A stretch of DNA of 33,554 nt, from the NCBI GenBank assembly GCA_023334545.1, contig JAADVB010000209.1, forward strand, positions 1 through 33,554. The letters run 5' to 3'. The notes beneath the pieces are model-generated. The model saw only the letters and a list, made by a program, of their open reading frames with translations, did not search any database and was not told the DNA's origin. This DNA comes from Salisapilia sapeloensis CBS 127946. Lineage: Eukaryota; Protista; Oomycota. Made by a program: the position numbers and the translations under genes. Positions 10,461 through 20,517 of this stretch are shown here, in pieces. Each line of letters begins with the position of its first letter. Position 1 is the first letter of the stretch.

Positions 10461-10631
10461 ACAAGGCAATATACTGGAATATCCCACTTCTACTTGGCTT
10501 ATTGTGCCTCCTAGCATAGTCTACCCAACAACAATAAAGAACGAATTGGAGATCCTCCATCAAATCGCTTTCCCATTTACTTGATGCCCTTGCATACTAT
10601 ATTGTCCTTCGAGCACAAAAGCAAAAGGTTC

Positions 10632-10877
10632 CTAGTTGGCGTGCTGGGCGTCCGCTTCCTTAGCGAGCTGCGTGAGCGCCATGTCGCTCTCGCCCTTGCC
10701 ACGGATGTAACCAGCGAGGGCAAAAGTGTCCGACTCGCCCGTGAAGAGGCCGTTCGAGTCCACGCGCGCGATGTTGATCTGGACGGAGGCGTGGTCCTTG
10801 GACGCAATGATGCGGTTCGTCCACGAACACTTACGCGGGATGTACATGTCGACGGCTTGTCCTTCCTCGTTCTGCAT
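10632..10877 (-). CDS. RPS21: 40S ribosomal protein S21 (eS21), 81 aa
   Basis: [36 protein letters not shown], the eS21 signature. Intronless. Confidence 0.97.
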   Translation of the reverse strand: MQNEEGQAVDMYIPRKCSWTNRIIASKDHASVQINIARVDSNGLFTGESDTFALAGYIRGKGESDMALTQLAKEADAQHAN

Positions 10878-11021
10878 CTTGTCGGTCTAGTAGTAGCAAT
10901 AAGGAGCGATTTGTCCAAATGAACTTGGTCAAGTCGAGGCGCGGCCAACCAATAGCCTATACTTTGCTTCAGTATATTATGTCATACCAGACACCTCGAG
11001 CCCACCGCCAAACGCAAAAGC
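10878..11021. promoter_or_regulatory. Putative bidirectional promoter between RPS21 and PFDN2, with a CCAAT box
   Basis: 144-bp divergent spacer. CCAAT at 10949-10953. Confidence 0.5.
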
Positions 11022-11413
11022 ATGAGCGAGCAGATCACGGAGCAGCAAGTCGTCGCGACCTACCGATCGATGCGGCAGGAGGTTAGACAGCTAGCTGAAA
11101 AGGTTGGAGAGCTAGAAGTCGAGGCGAGCGAGCATGATAGGGTCATGGGTACGCTAAAGAACCTGCCTGGTGGGCGCAAAGCCTACCGCATGGTCGGCGG
11201 CGTGCTCGTGGAGAGGACGGTCAGCGAGGTGCTTCCTGCCGTCACATCCAACCGAGAAGGTCTCACGCAGGTCATTGAACAGCTCAATGGCCAGTTGAAG
11301 CAGAAAGAAGCTGCTGCAGACGAGTGGCAGGTAACTATCTCTATCCTCGATCTTATCTTCCATTGCTCATATCCTCCTTATAGCGCAAGTATAACATCCA
11401 GACGCAGCAATAA
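11022..11413 (+). CDS. PFDN2: Prefoldin subunit 2, 112 aa
   Basis: KVGELEVEASEHDRVMGTLKNLPGGRKAYRMVGGVLVERTVSEVLPAV. A 53-nt intron at 11331-11383 is followed by RKYNIQTQQ*. Confidence 0.95.
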
Positions 11414-11444
11414 GACAAGTATCCTTTTACTTTCCACTCTTAAG

Positions 11445-12298
11445 TTACTTGGTCTGCATCTCCAATAGCTGCTTTTGAAGAGCCACATTGATCTGCTTCG
11501 CCTGGTCGTATTTGGCCGTCACGGCACGAAGCTTCTCCTGGAACACCACTTCCTGCCTTTCCACCACAGCCTTGAGCGACTGGATCGTTTGTTCCCTTTG
11601 CTTGACAGTCTTCTCCAGGTCTTTCGTCTGCGCCTGTGCCTCTTCAAGTCGCTTGCCCTTGCCTTCCGTCCCGCTCGCGTGCTCCTGCAGTTTTTCATTC
11701 TCCAGCACAAGCTCTGCTAGACGTTGCTGTAAGGCACCAATCAAGTCTTCATTCTGACTCGCCTGATGGGAAGCCGTCGCCTGCACCTGTCTCTCCTTAC
11801 TCTTCTCCAGCATCTCCACTCTCTACGCTGTCTATTAAGCCGGATGCTACGCCTGACGCCCGTGCCATTCATACCTTTAGCAGTCGAGTTCTCTCAGCCT
11901 CCAACTCGTTCTCACGCTCTTTGCTCTTCTCACTTTCAGTCAAAGCGCCTTCGAGCTCCACGATACGAGCAGCCTGTAGATCGGCCTCGTGCTGCAGACG
12001 CGTTAGTCGCTCTTCACTCTTACTCAACGCTTCCTGTAACTCAATGTTGTGCTCACTCAGAAGTTTTCTATCGTGGCCATACTTGGAGACGCGTAGCTGA
12101 CCAACATATAAGACCACTAGACTGTACCACGAGGAAAAGAGACGATACCTGCAGCTCGTGCTCATACTTGTGCTGCTCTAGCTTGAACGAGTGAATCTGC
12201 GCTCGCTGGGCTTCCATGCGCTTCGAAAGCTGCGCCGACATGTCCTTCTCGGCCTGCATCTCCCTTCGAGCCCACCATTCTTTCGCGTCTTCCTCCAT
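11445..12298 (-). CDS. Coiled-coil protein of unknown function, 249 aa, 3 exons
   Basis: Three E/Q/K/L-rich ORF pieces join in frame through two 52-nt GT-AG introns (12097-12148 and 11823-11874). ATG at 12298. Confidence 0.75.
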
Positions 12299-12496
12299 GC
12301 CGCCGTTCTCAGATATCGACCCGACTAGCTCCTGATTCAAATCAATATTTGCTCATCTGTCCTCAACTTTTTATGTTGCCCGTTTGTAAATTCATACAAA
12401 GTAATGTTTATATTGAACAATTTCGAAATCGTATGCTCAATATGTAAAAAACTATACAAACACATCCATTGGACACAAACCAAAAAGTCGATACCA

Positions 12497-13973
12497 ATGG
12501 GCAGACGCAGTCGACACACCTCACGGACGGGAGATGGAGGCGCCGAGGTACGCCAAAGGAAGAAGCAGTTGAATGCTGCCAACAAGGACTATGAAGAAAA
12601 GGAGCTAGAGTTCTTTGACGACCCGTCGGAAGATGAGAATATGCAGGACAGTGGCTCGGACAGTGCGTCGGAAGATGACTTGGAGGAGACCGGCATCCCA
12701 CTGAACGACGAACCGGATTCAGATGGAGATGACGTTGAAGAGGAATTGCAGCAAGTGGAACGGATGAAGAACAAGTGGGGTTCTTCCAAACGCAATTACT
12801 ATTCTGCTGATACGGCCGAGTACGAGTTAGACGAGGACGAAGACGCTGCTCAGGACGAAGAAGAAGCTGCCGTAGAGCTCCAGAAGCAGCAGGCTGAACG
12901 TATGGGCGAAGAGGACTTTGAACTAGACGACAGTGACGAATCGGAGGAAGAAGAGGAAGAGGAAGAAGAGGAGCAGCCGAATGCCCATGATGAAGAGGAC
13001 TGGGTCGGACAGCAGCTAGCTGATCTAGACGTAGACGGCAGTGCTCCCTCCACATCTGTAGAAGAGCTTCCGAAAGACTACTCAAAGCTATCCAAGCAAG
13101 AGAAGCTGCAGCTCGTCAACCAGTACGTCCATTCCTTCCTCCTACACACACCAACACCACTAACTCTTCCATAGATCTGCTCCGGAACTCTTAGGTCTCC
13201 AGAACGAACTCGAAAAGTCCATCAAGACCCTCCAAAACGATGTCAGTCCGAACGTCAAGCAACTAGAGCTCAAGGACGGTAGCTCCAGGCGTTTCCACAC
13301 CGTCCTGGACTACTACCAGACGAAGCAAAAGCTCCTTCTGAACTACGTTAGCAACATCTCCTTCTACCTCTTGCTACGAGCGGAAGGGAAGAGCGTATCG
13401 GACCATCAGGTGATGCACCACCTCCTCCAGAGCCGCAACGTTCTGGCTAAATTAGACGACGTCGCGAGTATCATTGAACCGCAGCTAGAGCACGTCCTCT
13501 CGGAGGAAGACGATGGCCTGGACCAGTTCATCCGACCTGCCAAAAAGACCTCCGAGCAAGCACCCGCCAAGACGTCTGCCAAGCCGACCAAGGGAGGCAT
13601 CTCGGACAAGGAACAGGAGGAAGCTGCTGCCTTCTACCAAGCTGCCAAGAAGCAGAAGGAGGCATACAAGCAGGCCAAGGAAGAGTACTATACGCGGGAG
13701 GCAGACATTGCCAGCTCGTCCGACAGCGAGGAGGAAGGCGAGGGCAAGAAGAGAGGCGCGTCGCAGCAGATCATCAAGAACAGAGGGCTGGTGGCCCACA
13801 AGAGCAAGAAGAATCGGAACCCGAGGACGAAGAAGCGGGAGCAATGGCGACGGGCGCAGATCCGACGCAAAGGACAAGTGCGCGACGTCCGTACGGGCGA
13901 GGCGGCGTCGTACGGAGGCGAAACGACAGGTATCAAAGCCAACTTGTCTCGGAGTCGCAAGATTGGCAGCTAG
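12497..13973 (+). CDS. UTP3: SSU processome protein SAS10/UTP3, 474 aa
   Basis: Acidic N-terminus with WGSSKRNYY. A 52-nt intron at 13123-13174 contains a CTAAC branch site. Sas10/C1D-like LLLNYVSNISFYLLLRAEG...DHQV and Sas10 C-terminal KNRNPRTKKR...YGGETTGIKANLSRSRK. Confidence 0.95.
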
Positions 13974-14039
13974 ATTTTTCTTTTATGTTTTCCATCTCTC
14001 GGGTAATAGCAAAGTGCATACGCCATCCAGTTGGATATC

Positions 14040-14547
14040 TTATTGCTGCATCGGCGGCTCCCACAGCTTGTGTTCTAGTTATGATATGAGAAGAGCTCTC
14101 GATCGTTGCAAGATAGAAAAGTACCGATATAGACGGGAATGACATTGAGCTCATCCTTGGCCTGCTCCACGAGTTCCTCTAGCTGACCACACGCGATCTC
14201 GCGTTCAATCTCCTCTTCCTGCGATATGATAAGCAAAAAAGTCGTACAAAAAGATGATGTGATAAGAAACGTACGTCTTCGGTGCTGTTGACAACCTTGA
14301 GACGGTAGTTGGTGATGCTCTCAACAGCCTTTCGGTACTCGGCAGCCTCCTCTGGCAATTTCTACATCGTCCTGTCAATCCACAAATCGTTCCGACGGTA
14401 CGACATCTCTCGACGTACCTTGGCTTCCTGCAGCGTCTTTTGATAGAGCCCAATGAGGTCGCTCCGGGCGTGTGGGTTCACCGGGAGTCCGACGAGACCC
14501 GTGGTGGTCTTCTTGACCGCTAGACGCAGCACTCTGGAGGCCCACAT
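14040..14547 (-). CDS. NDUFA5: NADH dehydrogenase 1 alpha subcomplex subunit 5, 114 aa, 4 exons
   Basis: KTTTGLVGLPVNP, EYRKAVESITNYRL, IACGQLEELVEQAKDEL and KLWEPP. Introns at 14362-14418, 14219-14274 and 14075-14124. Confidence 0.93.
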
Positions 14548-14687
14548 GCTCTCTTTATTGGCTTTCGAGGTTTGCGGTCGACACGCTGTCGGCTATTCTG
14601 CATCTATAGGAGATGTAAAATAGACTATACTAAATCTACATTCACGCACGAACACAACACGAGACCAAAGGACCAAGTCTGTCTGTC
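14548..14687. promoter_or_regulatory. Putative bidirectional promoter between NDUFA5 and LSM1, with a central dyad
   Basis: 140-bp divergent spacer. Imperfect 13-bp inverted repeat CTATTCTGCATCT-ATAGG-AGATGTAAAATAG at 14593-14623. Confidence 0.5.
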
Positions 14688-15387
14688 ATGAACGGCTTCT
14701 TTCCAGGCAGCGAGAGTTTACTCGACCAGCTAGACAGTATGTTATATGCATTGCAATATACTTGGAGAGTATATGACGAGGCGATACATCTATGATATTG
14801 ACATTGGCGCTGCATGGCAACAGAAAAGATCTTGCTCGTGCTGCGTGATGGCAGACATCTCGTCGGCTACCTCCGTAGCTTTGACCAATACTGTACGTCT
14901 GATCCTATGATACTACTCCGTTGACAATTTATTTATTACCTGTATAATGTCCAGTACTTACTAATTTCAATTGCCTGCAGCCAATATCATCCTAGAAGAC
15001 ACCTTTGAGCGCCATGTAGCTGGCGATCTCTTCTGTGACATTGAGCTCGGACTCAACATCATTCGGTAAGCTCTATTCCATCTTGCTCTATACAATCATG
15101 GCAAGTACGTCAAGTACCTGCCTCCACTCCCAACATATCATTGACTCGGCATCTAACTTCGTCTCTTGCTGCAGTGGCGAGAACGTCGTCCTCCTCGGTG
15201 AACTCGTACGCGCCATCTTCCTACCTCTCTACTCTCCATAATTCACAATATGCCACAGGACGAATACAAGGAGCAGGAGCAGCCGCACATGAAGCGCGTC
15301 GACATTGACGAGGTACTCGAAGCCGAGCGACTGGCGACGGAGAACAACACCAACGTGCGTCAGCAGTGGAACTTTGGCGCGTCGTAG
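14688..15387 (+). CDS. LSM1: Sm-like protein LSm1, 120 aa, 5 exons
   Basis: SLLDQLD|KKILLVLRDGRHLVGYLRSFDQY|SNIILEDTFERH...GLNIIR|GENVVLLGEL|DE. Introns at 14737-14823, 14893-14980, 15066-15174 and 15206-15258. Not present as a single ORF in the track. Confidence 0.93.
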
Positions 15388-15489
15388 AGATAATCCCAAT
15401 ACGATCGTACTGTCGTCGATATGTTTTACAAGACAAATACTGCTCTCGTTCGTCTCCAAACCCACAAGTATCTCTACCAGCCTTTGGCC

Positions 15490-17152
15490 ATGGTCAAGCG
15501 ACGCAACGAAGACGCACAGGCACGACGGGAAGAAGTTGAGGCGAGAGACGCCAGAGAAGACGACGTCTCCGCTGACTCGTTCAGCAAAGGCTTTGAACGG
15601 GCGTCAGACGACGTCATGAAGCACCGACGAATCGTCAAGGCGAAGGAGGGCAAGCGACCTGCTGCATCCTCCACTGCAAATCCGTTCAGTGGCTTTAGTG
15701 GCCTCACTCAGTCCTCTAGCACTTCAGCCGAAGGTTCAAAGAACCCATTCACCGGTTTTACTGGCCTCACATCCAGCAAGCCGACGAATGGTACGGAGAC
15801 TTCGACACCGGCACCAACGACTGCATCGACTGCATCGACTGCATCTAGTGGAAACTCGTACGAAAAGGCAATGGAGGTGCTGAACAAGGACTTTTTAGGC
15901 TTTGCCACGCGCCAGATGAAGGAGCATCCGAGCGGATCATGGATCGAAGCCGCTCAGGTACGTCATCTATTGTCCTCCTTCTATCCATTTAATGCTCATT
16001 CATCTATGCGACGCATGTAGGAGTACCTCAAATATGCGGATGAGATCAGCAAGAAGCATGCGTCGTCCAAACCAGTGTCGACACAGAGCGCTTCATCTTT
16101 CTCCTATTCATCTGCTTCTCGAACCAAGTCCAAGCCGGCAGAACCTGCCCAATCCAAATCCACTTCGTCCTCCATCTTCGGATCTGAAAGTAAGACGCAA
16201 GAGACCAAGTCTTCCGTCCCCGCTTTCTCCTTTGGTGGAGCCTCAGCGACTACAAATTTGGCTGAAAAGAAAACTGAAGAGCCCAAATCATCCACTCCGG
16301 CCTTCTCTTTCGGTGGAGCAGCTGCCACAAGTGTCCCTGAAAAGAAGAGTGAAGAGCCCAAGTCTTCCGTTCCAGCTTTCTCCTTTGGTGGAGCTTCTAC
16401 GACTACTAGCACATCTGAAAAGAGCTCTGGTTTCTCCTTTGGCAACAATACCAGTACGACACAAAGCGCTGGCTTCTCCTTCGGAAACAAGGACACGAGT
16501 ACTACGGCATCCAGTGGTTTCTCCTTTAACAACTCCAACGCCTCTGGAGGCTTATCCTTTGGTAAACCTGCTGCCACAAGTGCATCTACTAGTGCGACGG
16601 AAGAAAAGAAGGAGGAAGAGGACGAAGAAACTGTCGGTCAAGAACCTCCTACTGTCATTCTAAAGGTGCCTATTGTCTACTCTCCATGCATGTGAACGAG
16701 GTTACTGACAGTCGATTGATCAAACAGAGCGAAGAGTCTTCGGATGACGAGACAAAGTTCCAAGTAGAGAAAGCCAAGCTCCACGAGTTCAAAAAGGATG
16801 AGAAACGGTGGGCTGACAAGGGCGTCCATCCGCTGCAAGTGCTAAAGAACAAGACCACTGGCAAGTATAGGTACCTATCCTTATATTTCAAGTCTCATCC
16901 TCTAGGAAATAACTTGAGTACTATGACAGGGTGCTCATGCGTAACCAGATCGGCAAGGTCGTTCTGAATGCAGCAGTCTACAGCGGCATGACCGTGACGC
17001 CACAAGAAGCCAAGGGAAAGACCAATGGAGCCATGGTGTCGCTCCCAGTAGGAGAAGACGGCAGCACGCTGACGCAGTTCCTCATCAAAGTGAATCCGAC
17101 TTCGGCGTCGGACTTTATCCAGGCGCTTAAGGACGCAGCGTCAGCATCCTAA
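15490..17152 (+). CDS. NUP50: Nucleoporin NUP50/Nup2 (importin-alpha-binding N-terminus, FSFG repeats, Ran-binding domain), 492 aa
   Basis: MVKRR...FERASDDVMKHRRIVKAK. Nup50-like helical segment LNKDFLGF...EYLKYADEI. Multiple FSFG repeats. RanBD-like KAKLHEFKKDEKRWADKG...R|VLMRNQIGKVVLNA. Introns at 15958-16020, 16666-16727 and 16871-16929. Confidence 0.88.
16201..16400 (+). repeat. Intragenic tandem triplication of an E(P/T)KSS(V/T)PAFSFGG unit in NUP50
   Basis: DNA-level similar units begin at 16201, 16279 and 16354 (periods 78 and 75 nt). Confidence 0.8.
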
Positions 17153-17355
17153 GACACGTTCCTACCGTATAACAGGCAACTTCTTTGACTCTTTCCAGAT
17201 TTCTTCTAGCTTCCCATACAAGTACAAATTATAAGACAAGGTAGATGAGTACTAGTCTCCACACAACCACGCATTCTCTCCCATACCAATCTGTATTTCC
17301 TTTACAGCGTACTGGTAACAATATGTACGTCAAAACTCTTGCTCACCACGCCCAT

Positions 17356-19413
17356 CTACTCTTCCGTGCACTCGACTGCGTCCAGCGAGCTGTCCTTGGG
17401 GATGAAAAGACAGTACTCTGGGTTCCGGCTTCCCTGGACAGTCTCCTTCAACTCCGACTCGAACTGCCAGTCATCGGCGAACGTGATGAACCGGATCTTG
17501 AGCCAGTCCTTGCTGAAACCGAGCTCAAAGTATCCGTACGGCGTACCCTTCGCTCGCCACAGCTCCGTCACGTCCTTGGCATAGTCCGGCACGACGCCAG
17601 GGAGCTGACTCTGGAGACCACCACCGGCACCGTTCAGGACAAAGTACGTCTTAAAGTCGTCGTCTTCGCGCTGGAGCACATCCATCTTCTCCGCATGCGT
17701 GTGTCCGCCCAAGAACATGTGGACGCCATTGTCATGCAGCGCCTTGTTCCACTCGTTGATCATCGGCTCGTTGAAGTGGTACTGGGGCAAGTAGTGCGAG
17801 TTCACGAGCTTCCAGTCAGCCGTCGACGCCGCTGCGTCCGCCGCCATCGAGCTCAAGGACTCGTCATACCAGTTCTGGAACTTTTCCATGCATTGGTCGT
17901 ACGCATCGGCGTCACCACCAAAGCACATGGCGTCTCCGCGCTGGACGGTGTTACAGTTCACCCGCTCTCCATCCGGCTCCGTCGTGTACGCGTAGCACTG
18001 GCAACAGATTTGGTGGCTGCCGTGAACCGTTGCGGCGTTCGTGTCCACATTGTAGATGTCCACCGTCACGCCAGACTCTTCGTCCTCGAGCGTCACCTTG
18101 TAGTAGTGGTCGGGCATGTGCCAGCGGTCATTGTTCGGACTGACGTACGACGACTGCGCTTCGAAGCGTTCGTCGATCATCTCAAGCGCTTCCTCGACGG
18201 ACTCACACTTTCGCCAGTGGTCATCGCTACCACAGAGGAACTCGGATCCACCGTAGTCGTGGTTGCCCAAGACGTTGTACCACGGAATGTCAAGCAGCGA
18301 CTCTTGGCTGTACTTGCTTTCGAACGTGTCTTCGAAACGGGCTTGTTGGTCCTTCATCGAGATACCGTTCCAGTAAAAGTTGTCACCGTGGCCGATGATA
18401 CATTTCGGGTGCAGCTCTTCAGCAGACAGAGACATCAAGTACGCGACTTGGTCCTGCGCCTGCTGATCCTTGTAGTGGTCCACGCCCTTGCGGTCGTAGT
18501 CAGCACAGCAGGACTGGTAGCGAGCACCCCAATCACCAATGGCAAGCGCAGTCAGGTTAAAGTCGACCGCGAACGGATCAGACGCGGCATCACTTGGCTT
18601 GGAAGGCGCCGATGCATCGGATACAGAGCTTGCTGCCGAGCTCGCATTGTCAGCGGAAGCTTCAGAAGCGTCGGCGCTGGCAGAAACATCGACATCCACT
18701 CCTGCGCCGGACGCTTCCTCCGACTCAGTTTCATCCGCCGGCGCCTCTGGCGTGTCCTCAGCATCCTCATTGTCTTCAGCAGACTCTTCCGTCTTGCCAG
18801 AGGTCGATCCGGCCGTCGGAAGGTCTGCGTCCAGAGAACCGACTTCAAAGTCCGTGGAAGCACTGTCGATATCGAAGGAATGACTAGATAGCTTCGAAGG
18901 TGCGTCGACGACTTCTGGCGTCGGGTCGGACGATTCATTCGCATAGTCCGAGGAGCCATCGGACGCAGGAGATTCCGCAGACGACGTAGTGGTTTCTTCC
19001 TTTTCATCGCTGGGCTTGACTCCGCCATTTACACCAGTCGAGGTTTCGTCCTGACTATAGTCACCCGCTTGATCTGCGTTTTCACCAGTCGAAGTTTCCA
19101 CCGGCTTGTCCTCTGAAGTTACATCTTTCTTTCCAGTGGTCGACTCAGCTGGCTCGGTCTGACCGTAGTCATCTGTCTGGTCTACCTTCTCGTCGCTCGA
19201 AGGGCTTTCAGGAGCTTCCGATCCGGCAGCGGGTTTCTTGTCATCGGCACCTTCCGGCGTCGTCTTGGCAGGCACATCCGTGTTGGTTTCCGGGGCAGCT
19301 GGGAACCCAGGGTCACAGTCCTCGACGTGCGAGACACCATTGTGGGCGGAAGCAGTGTCCGCTAGGGCGATCACCGCGATGGAAGCGACACTTAGGATGG
19401 TCGAGAGCTTCAT
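17356..19413 (-). CDS. Secreted calcineurin-like metallophosphoesterase (purple/tartrate-resistant acid phosphatase type) with a long acidic N-terminal stalk, 685 aa
   Basis: Signal peptide MKLSTILSVASIAVIALADTASA from ATG at 19413. Metal-ligand motifs GDWG, GDNFY, GNHDY, VNSHY and GGHTH are all present. Confidence 0.9.
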   Translation of the reverse strand: MKLSTILSVASIAVIALADTASAHNGVSHVEDCDPGFPAAPETNTDVPAKTTPEGADDKKPAAGSEAPESPSSDEKVDQTDDYGQTEPAESTTGKKDVTSEDKPVETSTGENADQAGDYSQDETSTGVNGGVKPSDEKEETTTSSAESPASDGSSDYANESSDPTPEVVDAPSKLSSHSFDIDSASTDFEVGSLDADLPTAGSTSGKTEESAEDNEDAEDTPEAPADETESEEASGAGVDVDVSASADASEASADNASSAASSVSDASAPSKPSDAASDPFAVDFNLTALAIGDWGARYQSCCADYDRKGVDHYKDQQAQDQVAYLMSLSAEELHPKCIIGHGDNFYWNGISMKDQQARFEDTFESKYSQESLLDIPWYNVLGNHDYGGSEFLCGSDDHWRKCESVEEALEMIDERFEAQSSYVSPNNDRWHMPDHYYKVTLEDEESGVTVDIYNVDTNAATVHGSHQICCQCYAYTTEPDGERVNCNTVQRGDAMCFGGDADAYDQCMEKFQNWYDESLSSMAADAAASTADWKLVNSHYLPQYHFNEPMINEWNKALHDNGVHMFLGGHTHAEKMDVLQREDDDFKTYFVLNGAGGGLQSQLPGVVPDYAKDVTELWRAKGTPYGYFELGFSKDWLKIRFITFADDWQFESELKETVQGSRNPEYCLFIPKDSSLDAVECTEE

Positions 19414-19956
19414 GTCGGCAAGTCCAAAGTCGTGGTACGATTTCAAGCTCTGTGCACGAGTACGAAAAAGTAGGAATGAGCTGAAAGAGTGCAACGGGAC
19501 ATGCAGATGTGTGCAACTTCACGACATCCTGGATAGAGAGTGGAAATCTAGGTCAAGAGTGCTGATAGAGCGTTCGATGGTCCATTCGCTCAGGTGCATA
19601 GGATCGCAGAGACGCCGATCATCTGATTAGTGGGAAGAGGTAGTAACGGGATGGGCTCCCACTTCGTGCGATAGAGAGGACATCTGTAGAGCGATGTGTG
19701 TCAACGGATATCGCCTAGGTTTCTACCGAAGCTCGTACGTAACGCGCTGAAGACGACGTGACTTGCCATTGCTTTGTACACTTTTCATCTATTTCTGCTT
19801 ACATGTTCGCTTCTACTTGGCTCAAAGTTTCTTTCTGCTATCCTTCCTAACGGATGCATGCTACTGACGCCAGAAGTGGATCTACCCGTTGTGAATCGAT
19901 CACTCGCCCACGATTGCGTCGAGCGTCGCATCATTTCGATGGTCGAGAATCGTCAC

Positions 19957-20517
19957 TCAGAAGGAGTTCGAGCGTAGCCATCGGATACCGCGGAGTCCAT
20001 TCCCAGTTGCGACGTTGTTCTCGAGACCATTAATGATGTAGCCAGACGCTAAGAACCACGAGACATCAAGTGAGTATAATGCAATTCATTAGTCTTGACA
20101 TGACAAGTGGACTTACTTGAATTAAACTCGCCTCGACGATGCAACACTACCGTCGGAGTGACATGTTGATCTCGGTCGGAAACGTCGGGAGACAAGAGCG
20201 AGTCATCTCCTACAGAAGATCGTTTCCGACGGTCAGACGGCGGCGCTGCTTTCGATGTACTAACGTATCTGCAAGCAAAAATCCATGATGCCCGTAACCA
20301 GAATGGCATTACGTATACTCCATTACCTCAGGTCGTCTTCTTCGACGCCGGATTCTCGATTCCCGTCTTCGTCGTACTCGATTTGAAAAGTACCATCAAC
20401 GTCTTGACGAAGAATAGTTGCGGGAAACCATGCGCCGTCAATCTCACGTTCGACTCGCGTGCCATTCCCCCAAGTTTTTTCATCTCTCTCTTTGGATTCC
20501 ATAGACGATCGTGTCAT
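19957..20517 (-). CDS. Small Tudor/Agenet-like-domain protein, 144 aa, 3 exons
   Basis: VEREIDGAWFPATILRQDVDGTFQIEYDEDGNRESGVEEDDLR is Tudor-like. Introns at 20269-20326 (GTAATG...TGCAG) and 20049-20116 (GTAAGT...CTTAG) join three pieces in frame to TGA at 19957-19959. Confidence 0.75.

Noticed and set aside
11823-11840. Three AG acceptors in a row (AATAG ACAG CGTAG) in the coiled-coil gene, with only the last productive
   Set aside because: The likely branch site (CTTAAT) abuts the first AG, so skipping to the distal AG is explained by the minimum branch-to-acceptor distance.
14737-14823. Box C/D snoRNA in LSM1 intron 1 (ATGACGA C-box-like)
   Set aside because: No CTGA D box or terminal stem, and too little room.
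17245-18891. 548-aa antisense ORF over the phosphoesterase
   Set aside because: A shadow frame produced by codon bias of the real gene. It has no motifs and an R/V/H-rich composition.
19629-19663. AGTGGGA...TCCCACT inverted repeat upstream of the phosphoesterase
   Set aside because: A 7-bp stem with a 21-nt loop is expected by chance, and there are no other RNA-gene features.
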